From the NCBI GenBank assembly GCA_016783505.1, contig JADHWK010000012.1:1-58284 (forward strand): a stretch of DNA of 58,284 nt, given 5' to 3'. Source of the stretch: Candidatus Zhuqueibacterota bacterium (GTDB lineage: Bacteria; BS750m-G25). How positions within the stretch are numbered: position 1 is the stretch's first letter; every line of letters starts with the position of its first letter. A program made the translations under genes and the position numbers. The notes under the pieces were generated by a model. It ran no database searches and was not told where the DNA came from. It saw nothing but the letters and a program-made list of their open reading frames with translations. Positions 1-9,568 of the stretch are shown here, piece by piece.

Positions 1-90
1 ATTTTTATCAAATTTTTTTGTATATTTAGGCCAATTATTAACAAAAGATGCGGTGAATTAATGATGATTAATTGGATGAAGGGTTAGGAA

Positions 91-951
91 ATGGAATCGG
101 ATGTTATTATAGATACTATTCCAAGAATTCTGGAGAAGCATGATGGGAGTCGGGGGGGGCTCATCTCAATGCTTCAGGACATCCAGGCTAAGTATGGCTA
201 TCTTCCTGTAGATGCGCTAAAGATAATGGCTGAAAGGACGGGTCGTTCTCTGGTTGACATATACGGGGTGGCAACCTTCTACAAGTCCTTCAGCCTGACC
301 CCTCGGGGCAGGCACCTTGCTTCGGTCTGTCTGGGCACGGCCTGCCACGTCCGCGGCGCACCTTTCATCGCTGAGGAGTTCGAGAGACAGCTGGGCGTCA
401 GTGCCGGCGGGACAACTTCGGATAAGGAATTCACGCTGGAGACAGTGAACTGCCTGGGTGCCTGTGCGCTGGGGCCAATCGTTGTCATAGATGGCCATTA
501 TTTTTCAAACGTTAAGACCGTAAAGGTAAAGCAAATACTGAAGAAAGCCCGCGCTGGGCTCGACAAGGTCGAAGTCAAGGCGGACAAGCGAATCTTCCCC
601 GTTGAGGTCAGCTGTCCCCACTGCAACCACAGCCTGATGGACCCGAGCCATCTTGTTGATGGTTACCCATCAATCCGGGTGACGGTATCTTTCGGGCGCA
701 AGCACGGCTGGCTCAGGTTATCCTCACTGTACGGCAGCTACAATATCGAATCAGAGTACGAGATCCCTATGGATACCATAGTTCACAATTTCTGTCCCCA
801 TTGCCATGCGGAGCTTGTTCGGGCCTCAAGCTGCCCGGAGTGCGGTGCGCCGATGGTTCCGATGATCGTTCGCGGGGGGGGCATGGTGGAGATCTGCTCG
901 CGCCGCGGGTGCAAGAGTCATAGGTTGGACCTGAACGGCGTAAATTTTTAA
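91..951 (+). CDS. nuoE: NuoE/HydC-like [2Fe-2S] diaphorase subunit with C-terminal Cys-rich (Zn-ribbon-like) extension
   Basis: GVATFY, CLGTACHVRG and NCLGACALGP NuoE motifs; extra ~120 aa tail with CPHC..CPHC..CPEC..C..C. Confidence 0.85.
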   Translation: MESDVIIDTIPRILEKHDGSRGGLISMLQDIQAKYGYLPVDALKIMAERTGRSLVDIYGVATFYKSFSLTPRGRHLASVCLGTACHVRGAPFIAEEFERQLGVSAGGTTSDKEFTLETVNCLGACALGPIVVIDGHYFSNVKTVKVKQILKKARAGLDKVEVKADKRIFPVEVSCPHCNHSLMDPSHLVDGYPSIRVTVSFGRKHGWLRLSSLYGSYNIESEYEIPMDTIVHNFCPHCHAELVRASSCPECGAPMVPMIVRGGGMVEICSRRGCKSHRLDLNGVNF

Positions 952-958
952 CTGAACA

Positions 959-2809
959 ATGAAAAGACTAAAATCTATAGATGATTTCAAGGCACTTCAG
1001 GGGCTAATAATTGCTGACCGGGACCCCAGTATTTCCACCATCGTTATTCCGGCGGGGACCTGCGGGCAGGCGAGCGGTGCCAATGATCTCATGCGCATAA
1101 CGAAGCGTGAGCTTCTGGCCAAGGGACTGACCGATAAAATTCATCTGCGCATCACCGGCTGCCATGGATTTTGTGAGATGGAACCGTCGGTACTCATCGA
1201 ACCCCAGGGAACCTTCTACCCGAAAGTAAGCATTGAGGATATGGTGCGGATCGTCGAGGCCATTGAAAAAGGGGAGGTTCTTGAAGATTTGTTCTTCGTA
1301 GACCCGGAAACCGGGGTGGCGGTGGAAAAGCAAGACGACATTCCTTTCTTCAAAAAGCAGGTTAGGACCATCCTGGCCCGCAACGAGAGAGTTGACCCGA
1401 TTCGTATTCATAATTACATTGAGAGCGGCGGTTATTCGGCCTTGGCTGGGGTGCTTACGAATGGTAAACCCAAATGGGTGGTGGAGCAGGTCAAGTCGTC
1501 CGGGCTGCGCGGCCGCGGGGGGGCTGGTTTCTCCACTGGCCTGAAGTGGGAGATGCTGGCGGGGCAATCGAATGGGCATGGCAAATTCCTCGTGTGTAAT
1601 GCAGACGAGGGCGATCCCGGTGCCTATATGGACCGCAGCGTGCTCGAGGGCAACCCGCACTCAATCATCGAGGGAATGATCATAGGTGCCTATGGGACTG
1701 GAGCGACGGAGGGGGTGGTTTACGTCCGCAACGAGTATCCGCTGGCTATCAAGCACCTGGTCATCGCCCTCGGTCAAGCGCGTGGTCTGGGGCTCCTGAG
1801 TGATGACATCCTGGGAACCGGATTTTCCTTCGACATCAAGATCGTGAGGGGGGCTGGTGCGTTTGTGTGCGGTGAGGAAACGGCGTTGATCAGGTCCATT
1901 GAAGGAAAGATGGGCGAGCCGCGCCAAAGACCCCCTTTTCCCGTGCAGAAAGGTATAGATGGTAGGCCTACGGCGATTAACAACGTGGAAACCTGGGCCA
2001 ACATTCCCATCATCATCGGGGATGGCGCCCAGCAGTTTGCGAAGATCGGAACGAAAGGGAACTCCGGCACCAAGATATTCAGCCTGGTCGGAAAGATAAA
2101 GAACACCGGCTTGGTTGAGGTGCCAATGGGCATCACCATCGGCGAGATCGTCTATGACATCGGCGGCGGTCCAGTGGACAAGGCGAAGATCAAGGCGGTG
2201 CAGACGGGGGGCCCCTCCGGCGGCTGCATCCCGGCTCAGAAGTTTGACCTGCCCATTGACTACGACAGCCTGATCGAGGCGGGATCAATCATGGGTTCCG
2301 GCGGCATGATCGTCATGGACGAGAACACCTGTATGGTTGATGTCGCCAAATACTTCATGAACTTCCTGAAGGATGAATCCTGCGGCAAGTGTCTCACCTG
2401 CCGCAAAGGCACGCAGCGGATGTACGAGATCCTCGACGACATATCAAAGGGGCAAGCGACGCTCGAACACTTAGAGCTTCTTGAAGAACTAGCGGAAGTA
2501 GTGAAGGACACCACGATGTGCGGCCTGGGGCAGACGGCGCCGAACCCCGTTCTATCCACGATACGGTACTTTCATGATGAGTACATCGAACACATCAAGA
2601 ACAAGCGGTGCCCGGCGGGCGTCTGCAAGGAACTCATCACCTACTTCATCAACGAAAACTGTACGGGCTGCATGGTCTGCCTGCGGGATTGCCCGGAGGG
2701 GGCCATAACCGGCGAGAAAAAGGAATTACACGTCATTGACCCCAGCAAGTGTATTAAGTGCGGGGTTTGCAAGAGTGTCTGCAAGTTCGATGCCGTGGAC
2801 GTTAATTAG
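959..2809 (+). CDS. nuoF: NuoF/HydB-like FMN/NAD-binding diaphorase subunit (616 aa) with N-terminal 2Fe-2S and C-terminal 2[4Fe-4S] domains
   Basis: GLRGRGGAGF, CNADEGDPGAYMDRS, GAGAFVCGEET, GGPSGG, ESCGKCLTCR..CGLG, two C-terminal CxxCxxCxxxC motifs. Confidence 0.92.
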   Translation: MKRLKSIDDFKALQGLIIADRDPSISTIVIPAGTCGQASGANDLMRITKRELLAKGLTDKIHLRITGCHGFCEMEPSVLIEPQGTFYPKVSIEDMVRIVEAIEKGEVLEDLFFVDPETGVAVEKQDDIPFFKKQVRTILARNERVDPIRIHNYIESGGYSALAGVLTNGKPKWVVEQVKSSGLRGRGGAGFSTGLKWEMLAGQSNGHGKFLVCNADEGDPGAYMDRSVLEGNPHSIIEGMIIGAYGTGATEGVVYVRNEYPLAIKHLVIALGQARGLGLLSDDILGTGFSFDIKIVRGAGAFVCGEETALIRSIEGKMGEPRQRPPFPVQKGIDGRPTAINNVETWANIPIIIGDGAQQFAKIGTKGNSGTKIFSLVGKIKNTGLVEVPMGITIGEIVYDIGGGPVDKAKIKAVQTGGPSGGCIPAQKFDLPIDYDSLIEAGSIMGSGGMIVMDENTCMVDVAKYFMNFLKDESCGKCLTCRKGTQRMYEILDDISKGQATLEHLELLEELAEVVKDTTMCGLGQTAPNPVLSTIRYFHDEYIEHIKNKRCPAGVCKELITYFINENCTGCMVCLRDCPEGAITGEKKELHVIDPSKCIKCGVCKSVCKFDAVDVN

Positions 2810-2840
2810 CGGTTTGGATTGGAAACAAGGTCAGGATACA

Positions 2841-3518
2841 ATGATCAATCTTACCATCAATAGCTTGAATGTTTCGGTAGAGGAAGGCACAACCCTGTTA
2901 GAAGCGGCAAGATTTCTGGGATTTCATATCCCCACCCTGTGCTACATGGATGGGCTTTCGCCCTACGGGGCCTGCCGACTGTGTGTGGTGGAGATCGGGG
3001 AGGGTCCCAAAGCCAAACTGGTCTCATCCTGCACCTATCCTGCTGAGATGGGACTAAATGTACGGACGGCATCGTCGCGTGTTCGCCGGGCCCGTAAGAT
3101 GATCCTGGAGCTCTTATTAGCCTCATGCCCGCAGTCAAAGACCATCCAGGACCTGGCTGCGGCCCACGATGTACGCCAGCAGCGCTTCAAGCAGGAATAC
3201 GAGGACTGCATCCTCTGCGGTCTGTGCGTGCGAATGTGCGAGGAGCAGATGATGGCCAAGGCCATCGGCTTTCGGGGGCGTGGGGAGAACCGAAGTATTG
3301 GCACCCCGTTCGACATCACCTCGGATGTCTGTCGGCAATGCGGCGGTTGCATGTATGTTTGTCCTGCCTGTCAGCTCAGGTGTACATATACCGAGCCGGA
3401 AAAGGCCGTCTGCGGTGGCTGTGCGAACCTGAGCCCGCCCTGCCTCCAAAAGGAACAGTTTGACGATATGATGTGCTACATGGATCCCTGTGTAGCTTGT
3501 GAGATAAAGAAAGATTGA
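2841..3518 (+). CDS. Short NuoG/HydA N-terminus-like Fe-S protein (no catalytic domain)
   Basis: IPTLC..GACRLCVVE..SSC 2Fe-2S motif, CILCGLCVRMC, CRQCGGCMYVCP; start moved to ATG 2841 (MINLTIN) after AAGG/AGGA. Confidence 0.85.
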   Translation: MINLTINSLNVSVEEGTTLLEAARFLGFHIPTLCYMDGLSPYGACRLCVVEIGEGPKAKLVSSCTYPAEMGLNVRTASSRVRRARKMILELLLASCPQSKTIQDLAAAHDVRQQRFKQEYEDCILCGLCVRMCEEQMMAKAIGFRGRGENRSIGTPFDITSDVCRQCGGCMYVCPACQLRCTYTEPEKAVCGGCANLSPPCLQKEQFDDMMCYMDPCVACEIKKD

Positions 3519-3536
3519 AGAAAGGAGTATAAAACC

Positions 3537-5120
3537 ATGTCATTCTCGAGAGTAAATACTTCAGCGGCCACCCTTACCAAAAATAGGACCGAAGGTTCGG
3601 TAACGCCAATATCGGGTATGTGTGTAACCTGTGTGGACGGTTGCATTGGCATGTGCGAGATCGGCAAGTCAGCTTACCGGGGCCACGAGGTGATCTACCC
3701 GCAGCCGTTTGGGGTTATTACCACTGCTGCCGAAAAGGTATATCCTGTTGACTATTCACATTTCAATATCATGGGTACCGCCGTGGGCGCCCATGGCGTC
3801 AAGGCTGACAGCGATAAGGCCATCTTTCCGGCCGTGAAGCTTGAGGTTGCCTTCGGGCACGATAGGGGGATCAGGTTCCGTTATCCATGGGTTATCCCCG
3901 GTATTGGCTCCACCGACATTGCCAAGAACAACTGGGAAGGGTTGGCCATAGGGTCGGCGCTGGCGGGTACCGGTCTGACCATCGGTGAGAATGTGGTCGG
4001 TATGGACCCCGAAGCTGAGATAAAGAGAGGTCGGGTGGTGGATACGGTGGATTTGAAGCGTCGGGTGAAACTCTATAAGGATTACCAGCGTGACGGTTAT
4101 GGCGCCATCATCGTGCAGGCCAACATCGAGGATACCCGTCTGGGCGTACAGGAGTATGCCATCGAAAAACTCGGTGTTGAATGCGTGGAACTAAAGTGGG
4201 GCCAGGGCGCGAAGGACATCGGTGGTGAAGTCAAGATAAAAAACCTGAAGAAGGCCCAGATGTTGTATGATCGGGGCTACATAGTGATGCCCGACCCAAC
4301 CAATCCGGATGTGATCAAGGCATTCGAGCGGGGGACGTTCAAGGAGTTTGAGCGACATTCACGTATAGGTATGGTTACTGAAGAATCTTTTGCAAAACGG
4401 GTTGAAGAGCTGCGTAAAGCCGGTGCTAAATATATCTTCCTCAAGACCGGGGCTTATCGCCCGGCTGACCTGGCTCGGGCCATCCTGTTTGCATCCAAGT
4501 ACAAACTGGATCTTCTCACCGTTGATGGTGCCGGTGGAGGAACGGGCATGAGTCCCTGGCGCATGATGAATGAGTGGGGAGTGCCGCCGGTGGAACTCCA
4601 CTCCCTACTGTATCAATATGCAAAGCGTCTTGCTGACAAAGGAGAAAACGTGCCAGCATTGGCGTTGGCTGGTGGATTCACCTTCGAGGATCAAATCTTC
4701 AAAGGTCTGGCTCTGGGTGCCCCATTTGTGAAACTCATAGGAATGGCCCGGGCTCCGATCGCAGCCGCAATGGTAGGCAAGACGATCGGGATGGCGATCA
4801 AAAACCATCAAGTTCCTGTGTATATCGAGCGCTTCGGTAATTCGAAGGATGAGATTTTTGTGACCGCAGGTTCGCTGCGCAAGGAATTGGGCGACTCAGA
4901 ATTCGAGATAATACCAACCGGTGCCATCGGTCTGTATACCTATTATGAACGGCTGGCTCAGGGTCTACGCCAGCTCATGTGCGGCAGTCGGAAGTTTACA
5001 CTGGAGCACATATCACGTGATGATATAGCGACTTTGACCAGGGAAGCAGAAGAAATCAGCGGCATCAAATACATTATGAATCTGGATCGAGAAAAGGTGG
5101 ATCAGATTCTTGAGGGATGA
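3537..5120 (+). CDS. Stand-alone FMN-binding glutamate synthase family protein
   Basis: ELKWGQGAKDIGGE, TVDGAGGGTG, ALAGG, ALALGA-like FMN-barrel motifs; no amidotransferase domain; SD AAGGAG. Confidence 0.85.
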   Translation: MSFSRVNTSAATLTKNRTEGSVTPISGMCVTCVDGCIGMCEIGKSAYRGHEVIYPQPFGVITTAAEKVYPVDYSHFNIMGTAVGAHGVKADSDKAIFPAVKLEVAFGHDRGIRFRYPWVIPGIGSTDIAKNNWEGLAIGSALAGTGLTIGENVVGMDPEAEIKRGRVVDTVDLKRRVKLYKDYQRDGYGAIIVQANIEDTRLGVQEYAIEKLGVECVELKWGQGAKDIGGEVKIKNLKKAQMLYDRGYIVMPDPTNPDVIKAFERGTFKEFERHSRIGMVTEESFAKRVEELRKAGAKYIFLKTGAYRPADLARAILFASKYKLDLLTVDGAGGGTGMSPWRMMNEWGVPPVELHSLLYQYAKRLADKGENVPALALAGGFTFEDQIFKGLALGAPFVKLIGMARAPIAAAMVGKTIGMAIKNHQVPVYIERFGNSKDEIFVTAGSLRKELGDSEFEIIPTGAIGLYTYYERLAQGLRQLMCGSRKFTLEHISRDDIATLTREAEEISGIKYIMNLDREKVDQILEG

Positions 5121-5166
5121 TTCAGGAGAGTCATCAAATGGGACCTTTTTTAAATATTTGGGTAAA

Positions 5167-5190
5167 GAGGGGTGGCACCGGCCACCCCTC
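5167..5190. terminator. GC-rich hairpin downstream of the nuoEFG-gltB-like operon
   Basis: Perfect 10 bp stem GAGGGGTGGC-accg-GCCACCCCTC; poor U-tract on + strand. Confidence 0.55.
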
Positions 5191-5244
5191 ACAGTTAAAA
5201 AAAGAATGTCCCTTGTTTATTAAACTTGACATAATGGATAAAAG

Positions 5245-7032
5245 ATGTTAAATTTAAATAAAATTTTATCATTTTTTTATGCGGGGCGGCGATTGCAGAC
5301 CATTTCCAGAAATTATACTCAAATTTACCGAAGGCTGAGATTAACCCTCTTTTTCCTTCTGATGGCGGTATTCATTTTTGCGCTGGTGTTTATGACCTTT
5401 CTTGTCCTGAACAACTCTCAGAATATAATGACCGAGAAGGTAAAAGAAAACCTCTCCGGCATAGCCCTGAATAAGGCCATAGCCATTGAAAATTGGCTGG
5501 CTGAGAGGATATCGGACGCCAAGGTGCTGACGGGGATGGTTGATGTTCGCAAGATAGTTAAGAACTTGATTGATACCCGCATCAGTGAGTATTCCAAGCG
5601 TAACCAAGGTGCGATCATTCGGGATTTGTTTACCCTGATGATTGAAAAATATGGGTGTTATGAAGAGATCTTTATCCTGGGGTCGGGTGGAGAACTGCTG
5701 GTCAGCTCTGGGGACGGAAATGGTCCTCGGGACTACCGGAAATTGTGGAATGATACCCCGAAGACCGGGGTTGAGATTACGGACATTTATCGGTCAGACA
5801 TTTATGATAAACCGATGATGCGGGTTTCTGCCCCCATCTATGATCTCGATGGATTCCTGATTGGGCTTTTGTTCGCGATGGTAAAAACGGACGGGATTAA
5901 GGACATCGTTAGCCAAATTGATCTGGGCGAAACGGGGGAAGCTTATCTTATAAATCAAGAGGGTATCTTCTTAACTGATTCCAAATTTGAACCGGGTTAT
6001 ATTCTATCAAAGAGGATTCATCCAGACGGAGTAGAGGGTTATCTAGGGGGAAAAGAATGGGTTGAAACCTATCAAGATTATCGCCAACGTGAGGTTTTAG
6101 GGGCTCACAGAAAAATCCCTGGGTTAAATTGGTTTCTGATCGCAGAACAGGATGCCCAGGAAGCCTTCAGAGAGGTCCACAGCCTTAGAATGAAAATCTA
6201 TCTGATCAGCATAGTGATTGTTATCCTGACGATTATTACCTCGGGTGAATTAGCCCGTAGGGTTTTCCGTCGTTTGAAGTCCGCTGACAGGGAGCTTGAA
6301 AACAAAAACGAAGAAGTTTTACGCTCTGGAAAGCTGGCCGCTGTGGGCGAAATGGCCGCGGGGATAGCCCATGAGGTAAATAACCCCCTGACTACCATTA
6401 AAACGCTAATTCAGTCTATCCTTGCCGATGCTAATGTTGATGATTTGATCCACAAAGATTTGGGAATTATTCAGAATGAGATTGACCGGATTAACCGCTT
6501 AATGTTAAGGTTTCTCCAATTTGCCCATCCCAATCCCCCGGAATTTGAAACCACTGAGATCAATCAGATTATCAGCCGCATCGTGTTATTACTCGAACAT
6601 CAGATGACCAAAGGGGGAATCCATTTTAAAGCGGCTTACGATAGATCCATTCCCAAATTAATGGTGGACCCTCACTTGTTTGGCCAGGCCTTTATGAATC
6701 TCCTGCTGAATGCCATACAAGCTACTCCGCGTGAAGGGGAAATCGAGGTGGCCACCGGGATAAATGGACAATACAAATTCGGGTCCACCAAGACCATAAA
6801 AGTAACCATTAAAGACACCGGTTGTGGAATACCCGATGGAATAAAGGATAGAGTCTTCGAGCCTTTTTTTACGACCAAACCTTCCGGAACAGGGTTGGGG
6901 CTTTCTATCTCTAAGAGTATTATTGAAAAACATGGAGGTAGTGTCGCCTTCGGTAGAAACGAGCGGGGGGGAACGATTTTTATCATTGAAATGCCCGTAG
7001 AGGAATTCGATGGAAAAGATTCTGATCGTTGA
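5245..7032 (+). CDS. Sensor histidine kinase with extracytoplasmic dCache domain
   Basis: Two TM segments around Cache-like region (GETGEAYLIN, YQDYRQREV); H-box AHEVNNPL, N-box NLLLNA, DTGCGI, FFTTK, GTGLGL. Confidence 0.9.
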   Translation: MLNLNKILSFFYAGRRLQTISRNYTQIYRRLRLTLFFLLMAVFIFALVFMTFLVLNNSQNIMTEKVKENLSGIALNKAIAIENWLAERISDAKVLTGMVDVRKIVKNLIDTRISEYSKRNQGAIIRDLFTLMIEKYGCYEEIFILGSGGELLVSSGDGNGPRDYRKLWNDTPKTGVEITDIYRSDIYDKPMMRVSAPIYDLDGFLIGLLFAMVKTDGIKDIVSQIDLGETGEAYLINQEGIFLTDSKFEPGYILSKRIHPDGVEGYLGGKEWVETYQDYRQREVLGAHRKIPGLNWFLIAEQDAQEAFREVHSLRMKIYLISIVIVILTIITSGELARRVFRRLKSADRELENKNEEVLRSGKLAAVGEMAAGIAHEVNNPLTTIKTLIQSILADANVDDLIHKDLGIIQNEIDRINRLMLRFLQFAHPNPPEFETTEINQIISRIVLLLEHQMTKGGIHFKAAYDRSIPKLMVDPHLFGQAFMNLLLNAIQATPREGEIEVATGINGQYKFGSTKTIKVTIKDTGCGIPDGIKDRVFEPFFTTKPSGTGLGLSISKSIIEKHGGSVAFGRNERGGTIFIIEMPVEEFDGKDSDR

Positions 7033-8434
7033 TGATGACGAGAATATCCGCTATTCCTTCAGGCGGATGTTGAAAGATAAAGATTACCGGATTCTGGAGG
7101 TATCCACAGGGGAGGAGGCTATTAGGATAATATCAGAGGAATCTATAGATTTGGTCATCATGGATGTTCGACTCCCAGGAATGAGCGGGATAGAAGCCTT
7201 AAGACAAATTAAGGAAGGCCGTTCAAAATTACTTATTATCGTAATCACGGCCTATGGAACTACTGATCTGGCTATTGAAGCCATGAAGCGGGGGGCTTTT
7301 GATTATCTTCTGAAGCCCTTCGACATTGAAGAGATGAAGGATCTTATTGAGAAGGGATTGAGGATAAACCGGTTAATGAGGGACAGGGTCACCTTTCCGC
7401 TGGATGGTCAAAAAAAGGCAACCGGGGAGATGCCCATTATCGGGAAGAGTCGGAAGATGCAGGAGGTGTTCAAGACCATCGGACAGGTGGCGCAAAGCGA
7501 TGTGACCGTGTTGATTGAAGGGGAAAGCGGGACTGGAAAGGAATTAATAGCCCGGGCTATTTATCATCACAGCAACCTCGCCGATGGTCCGTTCTTGGCG
7601 GTTAATTGTGCAGCCATTCCGGAAACCCTGTTAGAGAGCGAACTCTTCGGCTACGAAAAGGGGGCCTTCACCGGGGCCACTTCTCTGAGGATTGGGAAAT
7701 TTGAACAGTGCCACCGGGGGACTATTTTCTTGGATGAAATAGGGGATATGAGCCCTTTGACCCAGACCAAAGTCCTGCGGGTACTTCAAGAACGTAAATT
7801 CGAACGGGTGGGTGGAAATAAAACGATTGAAGTGGATGTTAGGGTTATCGCAGCTACAAATCAAAATCTGTTGAAGGCTATCAAGGAAGGCAGATTTCGA
7901 GAGGATCTGTATTATCGGTTGAACACAGTGAACATCAAGCTCCCTTCCTTACGGGAGAGAAAAGAGGACATTTCAGAACTGGCCCAATTCTTCCTGGGAA
8001 AATACAATCAAGAATTTTGTCGAAACGTATATAGTATTTCAAAAGCGGCGTTAAGAAGGTTAAAAGCCTATTCCTGGCCGGGAAATGTGCGTGAATTGGA
8101 AAATGTCATTAAACGCTCGGTGTTGATGGCCAAGGGCGATACCCTCCTCCCCGACGATATAATGCTGGAGGAAGGGGATGTACCGTTGGTCGAAGAGACC
8201 CAGATTTCATCCCCAAAAGAGACTTTAGAATCACTAATTAAGAAATTTACTTATCTAGGGGATAAAGGTTCAAGGGGCCCTCTACTCCCTACCATAGAAA
8301 GACTTCTTATCATCCATGCTTTACGAGAGACCAACGGGAATCAGGTCAGGGCGGCAAAGCTACTGGGGATCAATCGGCATACCCTGAAGTATCGCATAAA
8401 AAAATACGGTATCAAAATGGATTTTAATATCTGA
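7010..8434 (+). CDS. Sigma-54-dependent response regulator (NtrC/AtoC family)
   Basis: REC domain, GESGTGKE, ESELFG, GAFTGA, WPGNVREL, Fis-type HTH; overlaps kinase stop. Confidence 0.95.
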   Translation: MEKILIVDDDENIRYSFRRMLKDKDYRILEVSTGEEAIRIISEESIDLVIMDVRLPGMSGIEALRQIKEGRSKLLIIVITAYGTTDLAIEAMKRGAFDYLLKPFDIEEMKDLIEKGLRINRLMRDRVTFPLDGQKKATGEMPIIGKSRKMQEVFKTIGQVAQSDVTVLIEGESGTGKELIARAIYHHSNLADGPFLAVNCAAIPETLLESELFGYEKGAFTGATSLRIGKFEQCHRGTIFLDEIGDMSPLTQTKVLRVLQERKFERVGGNKTIEVDVRVIAATNQNLLKAIKEGRFREDLYYRLNTVNIKLPSLRERKEDISELAQFFLGKYNQEFCRNVYSISKAALRRLKAYSWPGNVRELENVIKRSVLMAKGDTLLPDDIMLEEGDVPLVEETQISSPKETLESLIKKFTYLGDKGSRGPLLPTIERLLIIHALRETNGNQVRAAKLLGINRHTLKYRIKKYGIKMDFNI

Positions 8435-8527
8435 CCCCTTTTTCACCCCGAAAACTTCTCCTACCAATTGCCCACCTTTTAACCACCCCTGGATTTCCTT
8501 AATTACTAAGATGCAGCTTGGTACCAT

Positions 8528-9568
8528 TTATCGGGTAGCGATCGTCCCGAATGCAAGCCCGCTCAGGGTGGCCATTATCACAACCAATGCAATATACGTC
8601 AGGGTTTTCTTCGTTCCCAGAACACTTCTGATGGCCAGCATATTGGGAAGACTAAGGGAGGGGCCAGCTAAGATAAGGGCCAAGGCGGGTCCCTTTCCCA
8701 TCCCCAGCTCCATCAGCGCCTTGATAATGGGGACTTCGGTCAAGGTGGCAAAATACATTAGCGACCCGAACAGGGAAGCAATGAGGTTAGCCCTGAGGGA
8801 GTTGCCGCCCACCCAGCCGGTGATGAGGTCTTGGGGCAGAACCACCCGGAGCATCCCGGCCATAAATACCCCACCCAAAAGCCAGGGGATGATCTGTTTT
8901 ACGAAGGTCCAGGTGGAGGTGAGCCAGTCTATGCGGTCAGATCTCCTGAACCAGAGAATTAGGATTAATGTCAGCATGCCCAGTAAGCCTACGGCGATTC
9001 CCCAGCGTTTGGCGGCTCCGAAGATAAGAATGCCCACCAGGACCAGGAAGAAGAGAAGCCGCTTGGAGGCCGGGATGTCATCCCCCTCAGCAAACCCCAC
9101 CGTCAGCTCTTCGGGGGTACGTTCCTTTTCCTCCTGGCCGAACAGGAGGGTCATGATCAGGCCGATGATGACGGAAAAAAGGATGGCTCCCCCGGCCCTG
9201 GCGGCCCCGATGTCATATCCCAACAGGCGGGCCGAGTAGACGACAGCCAGGATGTTAATTGCGGGTCCCGAATAGAGGAAGGCCACCGCTGGGCCCAATC
9301 CGGCCCCCCGTTTATAGATGCCGGAAAACAGGGGCAGGACAGTGCAGGAGCAGACGGTGAGAATAGACCCGGAAACCGAGGCCACCGAATAGGAGAGCAC
9401 CTTTTTGGCCTGGGCTCCGAAATATTTTATCACCGCCCCTTGGGAGATGAAGACCGAAATGGCCCCGGCGATGAAGAAGGCGGGAACCAGGCAGGCCAAA
9501 ACGTGGGCGGAGAGGTAGTCCAGCAGGGCTGAAAATCCACCTTTGAAGAGATCAAGAATCAGGTTCAT
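8528..9568 (-). CDS. ArsP/DUF318-family permease
   Basis: HVLACLVPAFFIAGAI, TVCSCTVLPLF, SGPAINI, YFATLTEVPI; ATG 9568 overlaps upstream stop (ATGA). Confidence 0.88.
   Translation of the reverse strand: MNLILDLFKGGFSALLDYLSAHVLACLVPAFFIAGAISVFISQGAVIKYFGAQAKKVLSYSVASVSGSILTVCSCTVLPLFSGIYKRGAGLGPAVAFLYSGPAINILAVVYSARLLGYDIGAARAGGAILFSVIIGLIMTLLFGQEEKERTPEELTVGFAEGDDIPASKRLLFFLVLVGILIFGAAKRWGIAVGLLGMLTLILILWFRRSDRIDWLTSTWTFVKQIIPWLLGGVFMAGMLRVVLPQDLITGWVGGNSLRANLIASLFGSLMYFATLTEVPIIKALMELGMGKGPALALILAGPSLSLPNMLAIRSVLGTKKTLTYIALVVIMATLSGLAFGTIATR

Noticed and set aside
91-3518. Respiratory complex I or [FeFe]-hydrogenase operon
   Set aside because: No membrane Nuo subunits in the window and no H-cluster motifs in the third subunit
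8511-9239. 242 aa plus-strand ORF
   Set aside because: Antisense shadow of the ArsP permease; the other long antisense ORFs over nuoF, iscU, ribD, recN and dnaE are rejected on the same grounds
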